Of a stretch of 64,000 nt of DNA, positions 56,113-64,000 are shown one piece after another. The stretch is from a virus (Duplodnaviria; Caudoviricetes): positions 32,001 through 96,000 of the IMG/VR virus record IMGVR_UViG_3300013713_000001. The stretch is one strand, 5' to 3'. Both the position numbers and the translations under genes were made by a program. Position 1 is the first letter of the stretch. Every line of letters starts with the position of its first letter. The notes below the pieces were generated by a model that was not told the DNA's origin, searched no databases, and saw only the letters and a program-made list of their open reading frames with translations.

Positions 56113-58101
56113 TTAGTGCTCCTTGATGTACTTGATGAGGGATTCAATACTCGCATACTTGTTGACGTCCAACGTAGGAATAGAGTACTGGGTTGCTTTT
56201 AACAGTTTGCTCTTGCTAGCACGGTCACTGATCACCAGGTATTTGCAATCGACGGTAAGCTTATCAGAGAGCTCTATACCGCGTTCTGCAAAGTACCCCA
56301 CCAGTTCATCATGGGTCTGATCAAACGAGCCCGTAATCGACACCTTGAAGCCTGTAGTGTCTGCTGGAGGGAGGGTCAGTTCGATTTCTCGAGCCAAGGC
56401 CTCAAAGTTCTCATGGAACGTTGGATTCGCCATCGTGTTCACAACTGCCATGGCAATGCCGTTAGAGATCCCCTTAACCTCGGTCAGGAACCGCACGTTT
56501 GTAAACAGATGCTCGAGCAACGCAATGCGCTCATCCTTGCCAATACTGAAATCGGCAACAAAGTACACATTACTGGCCAGGGCATCGGCAATGCGTTTCG
56601 AGAGGACCACCCCAACATCCGGGAAGCAGAGGGCCTTGATAAAGCGGTCAAGCGTCTGAATACGCGCCCCGTCGATACGTTCTTTCAGATCCGTCGAGAT
56701 AAGGTTCAATGCCCCTGTATTCAGGCTGAACAGATCTGCCGGCTTGGTGAGGTAGCCGCGGTGGACCAGGTCTGCCACTACCACGGGACCCAACCCTTGG
56801 ATGTCAAGACCAAACTTGTCACCCATCAGGATCGTGCGGTGGATCAACTGCGCAGGGCACGCAGAGACGTTGTTACAGACGAGTTCTGCGCTGGTCTTAC
56901 CGATCCTTGTCTCGAGGATAGAAGAACAGCTAGGGCACTCGCCAGGGGCTTCCAGAGGCTGTGCATCTCCCGACTCAAGAATACCGCTGAGTACGGGGGT
57001 GGTTCGGTTGGTACGCGAGATCGAAACAACGTCACCTGCCCCCAAGCCGAGTTCCATGAAGTTCCCGTAGTTATCGAGCGTAACACTCGAGTACAGCACG
57101 CCACCGATTTCAACGGGGGTAAAGATCGCCTTCGGGATCACACGTCCATAACCAGAGGTACTCCACTCGACGTCCTTTAATACGGGAGTACCTTCCGCTG
57201 GGGGGAACATGTACGCCACGCTCCAGCGGGGATGCAGGTTGCTGACCCCAACCTCTTGCTGCAAGGCGAGGCTGTTCAGCTTCACCATAATCCCGTTCGA
57301 AGGGACCAGGTCACTGCGCATGTTTTTCGAGATGTAGCTAGCCGACACCTCTGGCGGGGTATCAAACTTGAACTCTCGCAGCTTTTCTTTCAGTCCCTGG
57401 TACGTGGTGGCCCCGAAAGGCTCACTTGACCAATGTGCAGAGAACTGCAGGGTATTCAGGATACGTTGGTCCAGGTGTTCTGGGTGAGCACGTACCCAGC
57501 CACTCACGGCACTGCGCGGGTCTCTCTTTTTCTCACTCAGGGATTCGTTATAGGTCTCGAAGTCATGGATCCCGATCCAGGCTTCACCACGGATCTCAAC
57601 CGTGTCCAGCATGGTGTCGATCTGGATGGGAATAACACCTTTAACAAACAGGGGATGGGCATGTACAACTTCTTCCCCAACCAATCCAGCACCGCCGGTG
57701 GCCATGCCGGTGAGGAGACCTTTGGTGTAGATCAAGCGGAGACCGATGCCCTCGAGCTTCGCTTCGTAGATGAACTCAGTGCCCTCAGGGAACTTGCCAC
57801 GAAACGCCTCGACTTCTTCTTCGCTGTAGACCTTGCGGACGCTTAGCATCGGCTCCGTGAAGCGGATCACGTTCAGAGGTCCTGCATTGGGGATCTCGAT
57901 CGGGACGGGGTTACTGACGTGGGTTTCGAACTGGTGACCCAGTGCTGGATACTGATCACACAGCCCCCGAAATTCTCGCTCCAGGTTATCGAATTCTTCG
58001 TTCGACAGCTCGGGTTCCTGTTTGACATGATACAGCCAGCTGTGATGCCGAAGGGCTTGATCCAGCAGTTTCATGCGTTCAATAGGGGAATTCTTAGCCA
58101 T
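56113..58101 (-). CDS. ligA: NAD+-dependent DNA ligase homologue with degenerate active site
   Basis: Ia, adenylation, OB, Cys4 Zn finger, HhH and BRCT domains present; KLEG, RGE, PR, MVK. Confidence 0.85.
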   Translation of the reverse strand: MAKNSPIERMKLLDQALRHHSWLYHVKQEPELSNEEFDNLEREFRGLCDQYPALGHQFETHVSNPVPIEIPNAGPLNVIRFTEPMLSVRKVYSEEEVEAFRGKFPEGTEFIYEAKLEGIGLRLIYTKGLLTGMATGGAGLVGEEVVHAHPLFVKGVIPIQIDTMLDTVEIRGEAWIGIHDFETYNESLSEKKRDPRSAVSGWVRAHPEHLDQRILNTLQFSAHWSSEPFGATTYQGLKEKLREFKFDTPPEVSASYISKNMRSDLVPSNGIMVKLNSLALQQEVGVSNLHPRWSVAYMFPPAEGTPVLKDVEWSTSGYGRVIPKAIFTPVEIGGVLYSSVTLDNYGNFMELGLGAGDVVSISRTNRTTPVLSGILESGDAQPLEAPGECPSCSSILETRIGKTSAELVCNNVSACPAQLIHRTILMGDKFGLDIQGLGPVVVADLVHRGYLTKPADLFSLNTGALNLISTDLKERIDGARIQTLDRFIKALCFPDVGVVLSKRIADALASNVYFVADFSIGKDERIALLEHLFTNVRFLTEVKGISNGIAMAVVNTMANPTFHENFEALAREIELTLPPADTTGFKVSITGSFDQTHDELVGYFAERGIELSDKLTVDCKYLVISDRASKSKLLKATQYSIPTLDVNKYASIESLIKYIKEH

Positions 58102-58158
58102 TGAAATTTCTCCGTTGCACTATAGGGGTAGGGGCCAGGGGTTGCCCCCTGACACCTG

Positions 58159-58638
58159 TTAGGCGACTTCCTTCACCTTGTTCTTTGCAGCGTGGTAATC
58201 GTTCAAGACACGAATGTCTTGTATCACTTGCTTAACCTCTTCCTCAGAGGCCGACGCAGCGGTCAATTGTGAGAACTCGAACCGCTTCTGGATCAAGAGC
58301 GTGAGGTTGTTGAACACGCGCACTGGGTAGCCCACGTCCGGGTATTGGACGGTGTTGAACTCGAAGTACGGGTTGAACTCACGAACCTCAACGCGTTGGG
58401 AATCTTTGCTAAGGACCACCAGCGTATCCGTCATGGGATGGTTGGTGACCGCATGGGTCTCACAGAGAGCTTCGAAATGGCGCTTTTCCAGCCATACACT
58501 TAAAACCGGGCAAGAGTCACGGAGTCCCTGTAAAACCAACGCCGAAGAACTACCCACCACAAACGCCTCATGGGGAATCTCTTCGGTAGCACAGACGGTT
58601 CCCAAAAGTACTGCAATGTTTTCTGCTTTAAGAGTCAT
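58159..58638 (-). CDS. Nucleotidyltransferase-like protein lacking DxD
   Basis: VVGSSSALVLQGLR; paralog of 58643. Confidence 0.55.
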   Translation of the reverse strand: MTLKAENIAVLLGTVCATEEIPHEAFVVGSSSALVLQGLRDSCPVLSVWLEKRHFEALCETHAVTNHPMTDTLVVLSKDSQRVEVREFNPYFEFNTVQYPDVGYPVRVFNNLTLLIQKRFEFSQLTAASASEEEVKQVIQDIRVLNDYHAAKNKVKEVA

Positions 58639-58642
58639 TTGC

Positions 58643-59092
58643 TTATGCCATTATGCGAGCTACGTGCTGCCGCTCTTTTACTAACTTTTCCAACGCGTCG
58701 ATGTCTGCAAGATCAGCAACCCGTTGACTTTCATCGCGTTCCATTACCTTCGAGAGGTAGCGTTTCTGCGTGAGCAAGGCACTTGGACTGTACGACCAGA
58801 CCCCGCCCACACAAACAACCCCACAGTCGGTATTGAGAACACCCAACTCTACATCTTTATCGAACTTCAGAAGTTTTTCTACGCCGGCAGCAGCGGGAGA
58901 GACCCGGAATTTGTTGCTCCGCTCATACAAGCGAAACACGTTTTCTGGAATACCTGCATCCAGATCATCCGTTGTCTCCCGTACCCCTAAGAGTACCAGT
59001 GCACTCGTCGACGACAACACCACATTCTGGGCTGGTTCGTCGAGTTCGTTCAGCAGTACTCTGTAACGTTCAATAACTCCCGCCTTGTCCAT
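58643..59092 (-). CDS. Pol-beta-superfamily nucleotidyltransferase-like protein
   Basis: SSTSALVLLGVRETTDDLD; start MDKAG. Confidence 0.6.
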   Translation of the reverse strand: MDKAGVIERYRVLLNELDEPAQNVVLSSTSALVLLGVRETTDDLDAGIPENVFRLYERSNKFRVSPAAAGVEKLLKFDKDVELGVLNTDCGVVCVGGVWSYSPSALLTQKRYLSKVMERDESQRVADLADIDALEKLVKERQHVARIMA

Positions 59093-59102
59093 AATTGTCA
59101 CC

Positions 59103-59396
59103 CTACATTGATGGGACCAACCCGCTAAGTTGCTGCATGATGTTACACACGGAGCGTTCCACAAACATATCTTGCGCAACGCCGTACAACGAATAACTCA
59201 CTGGAGCAGTACCGAACGCATCAAAGGTTACCAATGCCTGGTTACGACCGCCAAACGCAATGATAGCGGTCAATTCGTTTTGCGGACTCCGTGCAAAGTT
59301 GATGGTGACTTGGCCTTCGCCGCCTGCGTGCTGAGGCACGATCATCAACCCCCCGTTGGGGGCCATTACTGCTGGATGAAACTGTTGGGATACCAT
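59103..59396 (-). CDS. Hypothetical protein
   Basis: 97 aa directly after promoter. Confidence 0.6.
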   Translation of the reverse strand: MVSQQFHPAVMAPNGGLMIVPQHAGGEGQVTINFARSPQNELTAIIAFGGRNQALVTFDAFGTAPVSYSLYGVAQDMFVERSVCNIMQQLSGLVPSM

Positions 59397-59412
59397 TGCC
59401 TGAATCCTGCTA

Positions 59413-59423
59413 ATAATGTAGGT
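59413..59423 (-). promoter_or_regulatory. Early promoter variant
   Basis: TTCAAACCTACATTATTAG, core identical to the 37405 copy. Confidence 0.7.
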
Positions 59424-59429
59424 TTGAAA

Positions 59430-61892
59430 TTAGTTGATGGTGTTGTTCCGGTTGGGTTCCGCTGGTAGCGTCAAGCCATCGTGTTTCATGGCGACCACAT
59501 TCGGGTTCGAGAACACACCAAAACTAGAAAGATAGTGGCTAACACAGAAGATCTGCCGCGCGTCTTTCTTTTGAGCCAACTCTCGGACAAAGTTGAAGAA
59601 ACGAGTTCGCTTAACCTCGTCGAGGTTGGTCCCCACTTCATCCATAACTAACGGGAAGTACCCATGGTAGATCAACGCAGTAAGACGCACCGCAAAATCA
59701 ATGATACCAGTCTGACCCAAACTGCAATCAGAAATGTCCGGAACCGGCTTTGAGTCACCTACAACAACCGGAAACTTGTAGGTCAAGTCACCGTTAGCTT
59801 TGTTGCAAGGTTTCACATAAAGTGGCGTGTTCCAAACGCTTTGGATCATGGCGTTTGCGTTACCGCAAAAGGTCTTGATAAAGTCAGTCAACAGTTTGCC
59901 GATAAGTCCCTTGTTTGGGCAGAGGCGGTCCATCCATGTTTCGACGATAATGAGGCGCTTACGTAAGCGTTGAACTTCCTCATGAATCGACTCCACAACA
60001 GAGGACAGCGAGCGACTGTTAATGATGGAACGGAGGTAGTCTTCTTTCTCTTCAGTCAAGATGCTGATACGTTCGTCCAATTGTTTACGGAACTTCACGT
60101 ACCCTTCATCGAGCAGACTTTGGAAGATCTCCTCCTTTAGCGCCTCGAGCTTGGCGAGGTCTGCTGCGTAGTTACGGATGATCAAGAGTCGGTTGTTAAA
60201 CGTCTTCAAACGACGGTTGTAAAACCTCAACCGATTCTGATCCACCACAAGTTCACGCTCCCAGTTCTCAACGAACGCTGCAACGTCCAAGACATTGTCG
60301 CGGTTCATAAGTCCTATACGGGTCTCTATGAGATCTTTCTCTTCCAGGAGTGACTCTATACGCCGTGTAGCGTCAAAACGTCCCTTAAAGGCTCTCAGGG
60401 CGTTCAGGATGTTGGATATCTCATTCTTGCCGACGTTGAACTCCTTCACCAGATAGCTCAGGCAAGGAACATCGCTTCTCAGACGACAGAACTGGTGCAA
60501 GGCCACCATTGACTCGTACCAGCTCCGATCATTGTCGAGGCGGTCAGCCAATACATCGCGTTCCTTCTCCATTCGTTGAATTGCTTCACCCCACAGAGTT
60601 ACGTCTTTGCGAAGAGAGAGCACGTCTTTATCGTTTACCCCTACTTTGAAGTTACGCTTGCAGTCTGGACACTCCACCGACTCAGCATTGTCATAATGCT
60701 TAAGCTGGTGGTTGGCTGCAGAGATCTTTCCTTCAAACTCCCGGATGCGGTTGTTGACCTGGTTCAACTGGTTTTCGAGCTGCTTGTACGTCGCCCCGTT
60801 GATCGAGGAGTCGTTTGCATTAACAACACAGTGGAGCTGAGCCACAAACGAATCGTAAACCAGTTCCAGTCCTTTGAAGTCGTAGCCTTCTTCACCAAAC
60901 ACGGGTTGGTCAGCCAGAACAGTGGTATGTTCTTTGATCGACTGTTTCAACTCGTTGATCTCGGTCTCCAATTGGTCCGCTTGGTTCTGGAACAGGAGGG
61001 GATCTTGGATGTATTCCTCAACCCCTTCTAACAGACCGGCGTGTTCACCAATGGTGTGTTGAAGGGACGAGATGTTTTCTTCGTAGTTACTGATCAACCG
61101 CTCGGTGATCTCAATGCCTTCAACAAGTTCGTCTTCGGTGTTGATAAACCCGCTGACCTTGTTTACCGTCAACGCGGTGGAAAGCATCTCGAACTCTTCA
61201 ATCTTGCGACGAAGCAAGGGGTTGATCTTGTACTCTTCCAACGAACCCCGGAGCAGCAGGGACTTACGCAGATCTTCATCAATGAACTTGATACGGTTCT
61301 CAAGTTCTTCAACCCCACATTCGGTAATGCGTTTCAGCTTTTCGCTTTCGTCCGCATAACGAGAGACCTGGTTCTTTAACACCGCTTTGAGTTCGTTACG
61401 CTCAGTTTTCAAGCGGTTGAATACATTCATCGCCATGCTCGTATCGTTGGGATAGAGCCACAGCAAGATCTCTTTACGTCGGGTAGGGGTCAGGTTGCTA
61501 AAGAGGTCATACACCTTTAGCCCTGACAGGAACCGTGCACGAGGACGGTCCAGTTTAAAGTGGGTCCAGCACAGCTCTTTCTGAGCCATAAAGGTCCCGC
61601 CTTTGTTTAGTTCTTCACCGTTCAGTTTAAACGAATGACCATCGGCTACGCCGGTACGTGAATCGAAGATGTAGTGCTTACCTTCGATCTTCCACTCACC
61701 GTATTTACGGCCGCCGGTATCAAAATCAGCGCTTTCGGGTGGGAGTTGGTTAACCTCTTTAAGAATACTGGTTTTACCTACACCGTTCTGAGCCACGAAC
61801 AAGTTGACCATGTGCGCAAGGTCCAGCTCAACATAGGTAATACCGTTTTTCTGCAGCGGTATATAGTTTTCGAGGATCAGTTTAATCAGCAT
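59430..61892 (-). CDS. SbcC/Rad50-like SMC ATPase
   Basis: Walker A QNGVGKTS, coiled coils, CPDC zinc hook, signature CSLGQ, Walker B VMDE, VSH. Confidence 0.9.
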   Translation of the reverse strand: MLIKLILENYIPLQKNGITYVELDLAHMVNLFVAQNGVGKTSILKEVNQLPPESADFDTGGRKYGEWKIEGKHYIFDSRTGVADGHSFKLNGEELNKGGTFMAQKELCWTHFKLDRPRARFLSGLKVYDLFSNLTPTRRKEILLWLYPNDTSMAMNVFNRLKTERNELKAVLKNQVSRYADESEKLKRITECGVEELENRIKFIDEDLRKSLLLRGSLEEYKINPLLRRKIEEFEMLSTALTVNKVSGFINTEDELVEGIEITERLISNYEENISSLQHTIGEHAGLLEGVEEYIQDPLLFQNQADQLETEINELKQSIKEHTTVLADQPVFGEEGYDFKGLELVYDSFVAQLHCVVNANDSSINGATYKQLENQLNQVNNRIREFEGKISAANHQLKHYDNAESVECPDCKRNFKVGVNDKDVLSLRKDVTLWGEAIQRMEKERDVLADRLDNDRSWYESMVALHQFCRLRSDVPCLSYLVKEFNVGKNEISNILNALRAFKGRFDATRRIESLLEEKDLIETRIGLMNRDNVLDVAAFVENWERELVVDQNRLRFYNRRLKTFNNRLLIIRNYAADLAKLEALKEEIFQSLLDEGYVKFRKQLDERISILTEEKEDYLRSIINSRSLSSVVESIHEEVQRLRKRLIIVETWMDRLCPNKGLIGKLLTDFIKTFCGNANAMIQSVWNTPLYVKPCNKANGDLTYKFPVVVGDSKPVPDISDCSLGQTGIIDFAVRLTALIYHGYFPLVMDEVGTNLDEVKRTRFFNFVRELAQKKDARQIFCVSHYLSSFGVFSNPNVVAMKHDGLTLPAEPNRNNTIN

Positions 61893-61942
61893 GGTATAGG
61901 TCTTCTAAAAAGTGTACATCTCTAGATAATGGGTGTCTGTGT

Positions 61943-62935
61943 ATGAACTTAATTAATTGGCTTGGTGTGGGGATTGTTGCTGCCACCAAGCAGACCGATA
62001 CAAAAGAAATCATGGTTCATATGCCAAAGGACTCTCCTCTAGCAGATGGACGAACAGTAGCTCAAGTTGAGACCCAAGAACAGGAAGCAGTAAACGCTAA
62101 CGGGGAACCGGTTAAGGTCACGTCCCTTATCAGTAACACCCGCCCCGCCAAGTGGAACTCCCTTGGTGAACCTAACCGTCTCACAGCACCTGACGTTAAG
62201 GAGGGTAGCCAGGTCTCCCTTTACCAGGTACAGGGTCAAAGCACGCTCTACTGGACCACCAATGGATTCAGTGCTGAAACCCACCGCCTGGAAACGATTG
62301 TCTGGGGGTTCCAAGCAAACCCAGCGGTTGACGAAAACACCGAGTTCAACGTCGATAACTTCTATACCATCACCCTGGATACTCGTCGGGGAAAGATGGC
62401 GTACCGTGCTTCCCAAAGTAATGAGGAGAAGTCAGGGTTCGAAGTGGTCATTGATGGCGGTGAAGGTCGGGTCGAGGTAGTTGGGACGAACCAAAGCGCA
62501 TTGGTAGTGGATGACTTCAACAGCAAGTTCATTTACACCAACAAGGAAGGTACCCTTATTGGGGTGGATAAGAAAAAGGTGGCCATTCATGCACCTGATT
62601 CGATTATCTTCGATGCTACCGAAAGTGTCAGCGTTTCCACGAAAGTCCTGAACGTTCAATGCACCGACATCAACGTCCAGGCGAAGAAGGCAAAGATCGA
62701 GATCACTGAAACCGAGTGGGAAGGTGACGTTAAATTGAAGGGTGAGTTGGAGCACACCGGCAGTACCCATCAGAAGGGCAATACCGTTAGTACTGGCGTT
62801 ATCCAGGGCCTTAGCGGGGTCAAGTCGGCCATGACCGACCTTGATACTCACACCACGTCCTTTGTCGAACGCGGCAAGGATACTTCGGGACCACCCGTCC
62901 CAGTTCCACAAGAGCCGGTTGAAAGCACACCTTGA
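61943..62935 (+). CDS. Putative baseplate central spike / puncturing protein
   Basis: N-terminal OB-like region (APDVKEGSQV..YW), C-terminal beta-strand repeats; beside SbcC-like gene, as recalled for phiKZ. Confidence 0.65.
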   Translation: MNLINWLGVGIVAATKQTDTKEIMVHMPKDSPLADGRTVAQVETQEQEAVNANGEPVKVTSLISNTRPAKWNSLGEPNRLTAPDVKEGSQVSLYQVQGQSTLYWTTNGFSAETHRLETIVWGFQANPAVDENTEFNVDNFYTITLDTRRGKMAYRASQSNEEKSGFEVVIDGGEGRVEVVGTNQSALVVDDFNSKFIYTNKEGTLIGVDKKKVAIHAPDSIIFDATESVSVSTKVLNVQCTDINVQAKKAKIEITETEWEGDVKLKGELEHTGSTHQKGNTVSTGVIQGLSGVKSAMTDLDTHTTSFVERGKDTSGPPVPVPQEPVESTP

Positions 62936-62941
62936 GACTTA

Positions 62942-62986
62942 CTACCCCTACTCCGGAGTCCGGAGTAGGGGTAGGGTCTATTATGC
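62942..62986 (+). terminator. Hairpin plus conserved 17-mer
   Basis: CTACCCCTACTCCGG/CCGGAGTAGGGGTAG, with GGTAGGGTCTATTATGC at 62970-62986. Confidence 0.8.
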
Positions 62987-64000
62987 TTAACTCATGTCAC
63001 GCTTGGTAAAGAAGTTGTTTGTTCCCAGTCCGCCATTGTCCTCAAACACAGGAATGGCCGAACCACGACGACCACGACGAAGGACGTGCTTGTCCATCAC
63101 GATATACGACTCGTCAACCGTCAGCACGCCATTGACCGCGGTCCCAAACATCACTTCACCGTTGTTGACTTCCCGCAGGACATCAGACGCAATGGCCTCG
63201 ATGTTGTCACCAAAGCGCCGCAGGTAGCAATACGACGTACCGGTGGGGTTCACCTTTACCGCATACTCCCTGTCGAGCAGGTACACCCGACCCAGCAAGA
63301 CCACTTTGGAACCGGCTGGAATACGAACCCAGCCTTCCTCGTTGATGTTGTAAGGATCGACAACAGTGGTTCCACCGACTTCCTGCATGTCAGTGGAATA
63401 GACCGAGCTCCCTGGCTTGACCTGGTACACCCCTTTGTTAGCGAGCAAGATGGGTGGGTGTAGCTCGTCCACCGCATCAATGGTCAAGGTCCCCGAATAC
63501 AAGCGAGCAGGGTTAACAGCGCCTGGGGTAAACGTGGGAAGGTCATAACCGAAGTTACTTACCCGGAATGACAGGTCACCGTAGACTTTGCCAAACGGAC
63601 GACTGACCACCACATCATAGCCACTGGAGTCGATCTGCGAGGCAAAGAGGTCACTCCCGGTGTTCCAGACCCCGTCTTCCGACTTCGACGCGCGATTGGT
63701 CCCAGCAGGGACGTTACTTGTCTCGGTCAGTCTTACCAGTGTCATCCCGGTAGACCCAATAAAGTTCAGGTCAAAGGTTCCGCTGTTGACGTTGTACGAG
63801 AGCGCACCACCTTCAGCGTAACTGTAACCATCGGTGAGGATAACCACAGCCTTACTGAGGCTCAGGGCATAGACCTGGATCTGTGGATCCCGCAAGGCGT
63901 CAGGAACCGCAGGGTTGCGTGCCTTGGCCCTGGTCATGACGTCTTTCACCAAGCCCTGGAGACGGGAAAGGGTCGCTGTACCAAGGGTTACTTGCGCTCC
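62987..64000 (-). CDS. C-terminal part of a putative virion structural protein (starts beyond window)
   Basis: Frame stays open to 64000 (GAQVTLGTATLSRLQGLVK...). Confidence 0.65.
   Translation of the reverse strand, partial: GAQVTLGTATLSRLQGLVKDVMTRAKARNPAVPDALRDPQIQVYALSLSKAVVILTDGYSYAEGGALSYNVNSGTFDLNFIGSTGMTLVRLTETSNVPAGTNRASKSEDGVWNTGSDLFASQIDSSGYDVVVSRPFGKVYGDLSFRVSNFGYDLPTFTPGAVNPARLYSGTLTIDAVDELHPPILLANKGVYQVKPGSSVYSTDMQEVGGTTVVDPYNINEEGWVRIPAGSKVVLLGRVYLLDREYAVKVNPTGTSYCYLRRFGDNIEAIASDVLREVNNGEVMFGTAVNGVLTVDESYIVMDKHVLRRGRRGSAIPVFEDNGGLGTNNFFTKRDMS

Noticed and set aside
56113-58101. Calling the ligase homologue a pseudogene
   Set aside because: Reading frame and all structural domains are intact; changes concentrate at catalytic positions
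20075-62986. GTAG-containing hairpins as REP/RAYT elements
   Set aside because: GTAG is paired inside the stem rather than 5' of it, copies are single, and no RAYT transposase is present
1-64000. tRNA, rRNA, integrase, transposase, intein or intron
   Set aside because: No convincing signatures found by eye; tRNAscan-SE and Infernal would be needed to exclude them fully

Overview
This window is part of a large lytic phage genome, most likely a phiKZ/EL-like jumbo phage (Chimalliviridae-type) with a high-GC proteobacterial host, probably a pseudomonad. Support: eleven phiKZ-type early promoter motifs (ACCTATATTAC-like, all on the - strand), a phage GroEL-like chaperonin, an SbcC/Rad50-like ATPase beside a baseplate-spike-like gene, RNase HI, a LigA-like protein and an internal head protein with S/A/G-x-E protease sites. 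Layout: 1-2.7 kb early genes (-). 2.9-20.0 kb is a + strand tail/adsorption operon with two paralogous collagen-repeat fibres plus chaperones, four related virion proteins (one a 1346-aa Kelch/LamG/discoidin mosaic) and a three-gene fibre cassette. 20-50 kb holds blocks of mostly hypothetical - strand early genes in terminator-promoter modules. 50-62 kb is nucleic-acid metabolism and anti-defence; 62-64 kb is baseplate genes. Most notable: (1) a three-gene cassette whose complementary N- and C-terminal motifs suggest an anchor-polymer-cap self-assembling filament; (2) a full-length LigA homologue with many catalytic residues replaced; (3) an Acb1-like 2H phosphoesterase paired with a DHH phosphoesterase; (4) a sequence-conserved hairpin-plus-GGTAGGGTCTATTATGC element; (5) a small W-x-x-W repeat protein family. 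All family calls come from motif recognition by eye; no database search was run. No rRNA, tRNA, CRISPR array, integrase or transposase was seen.
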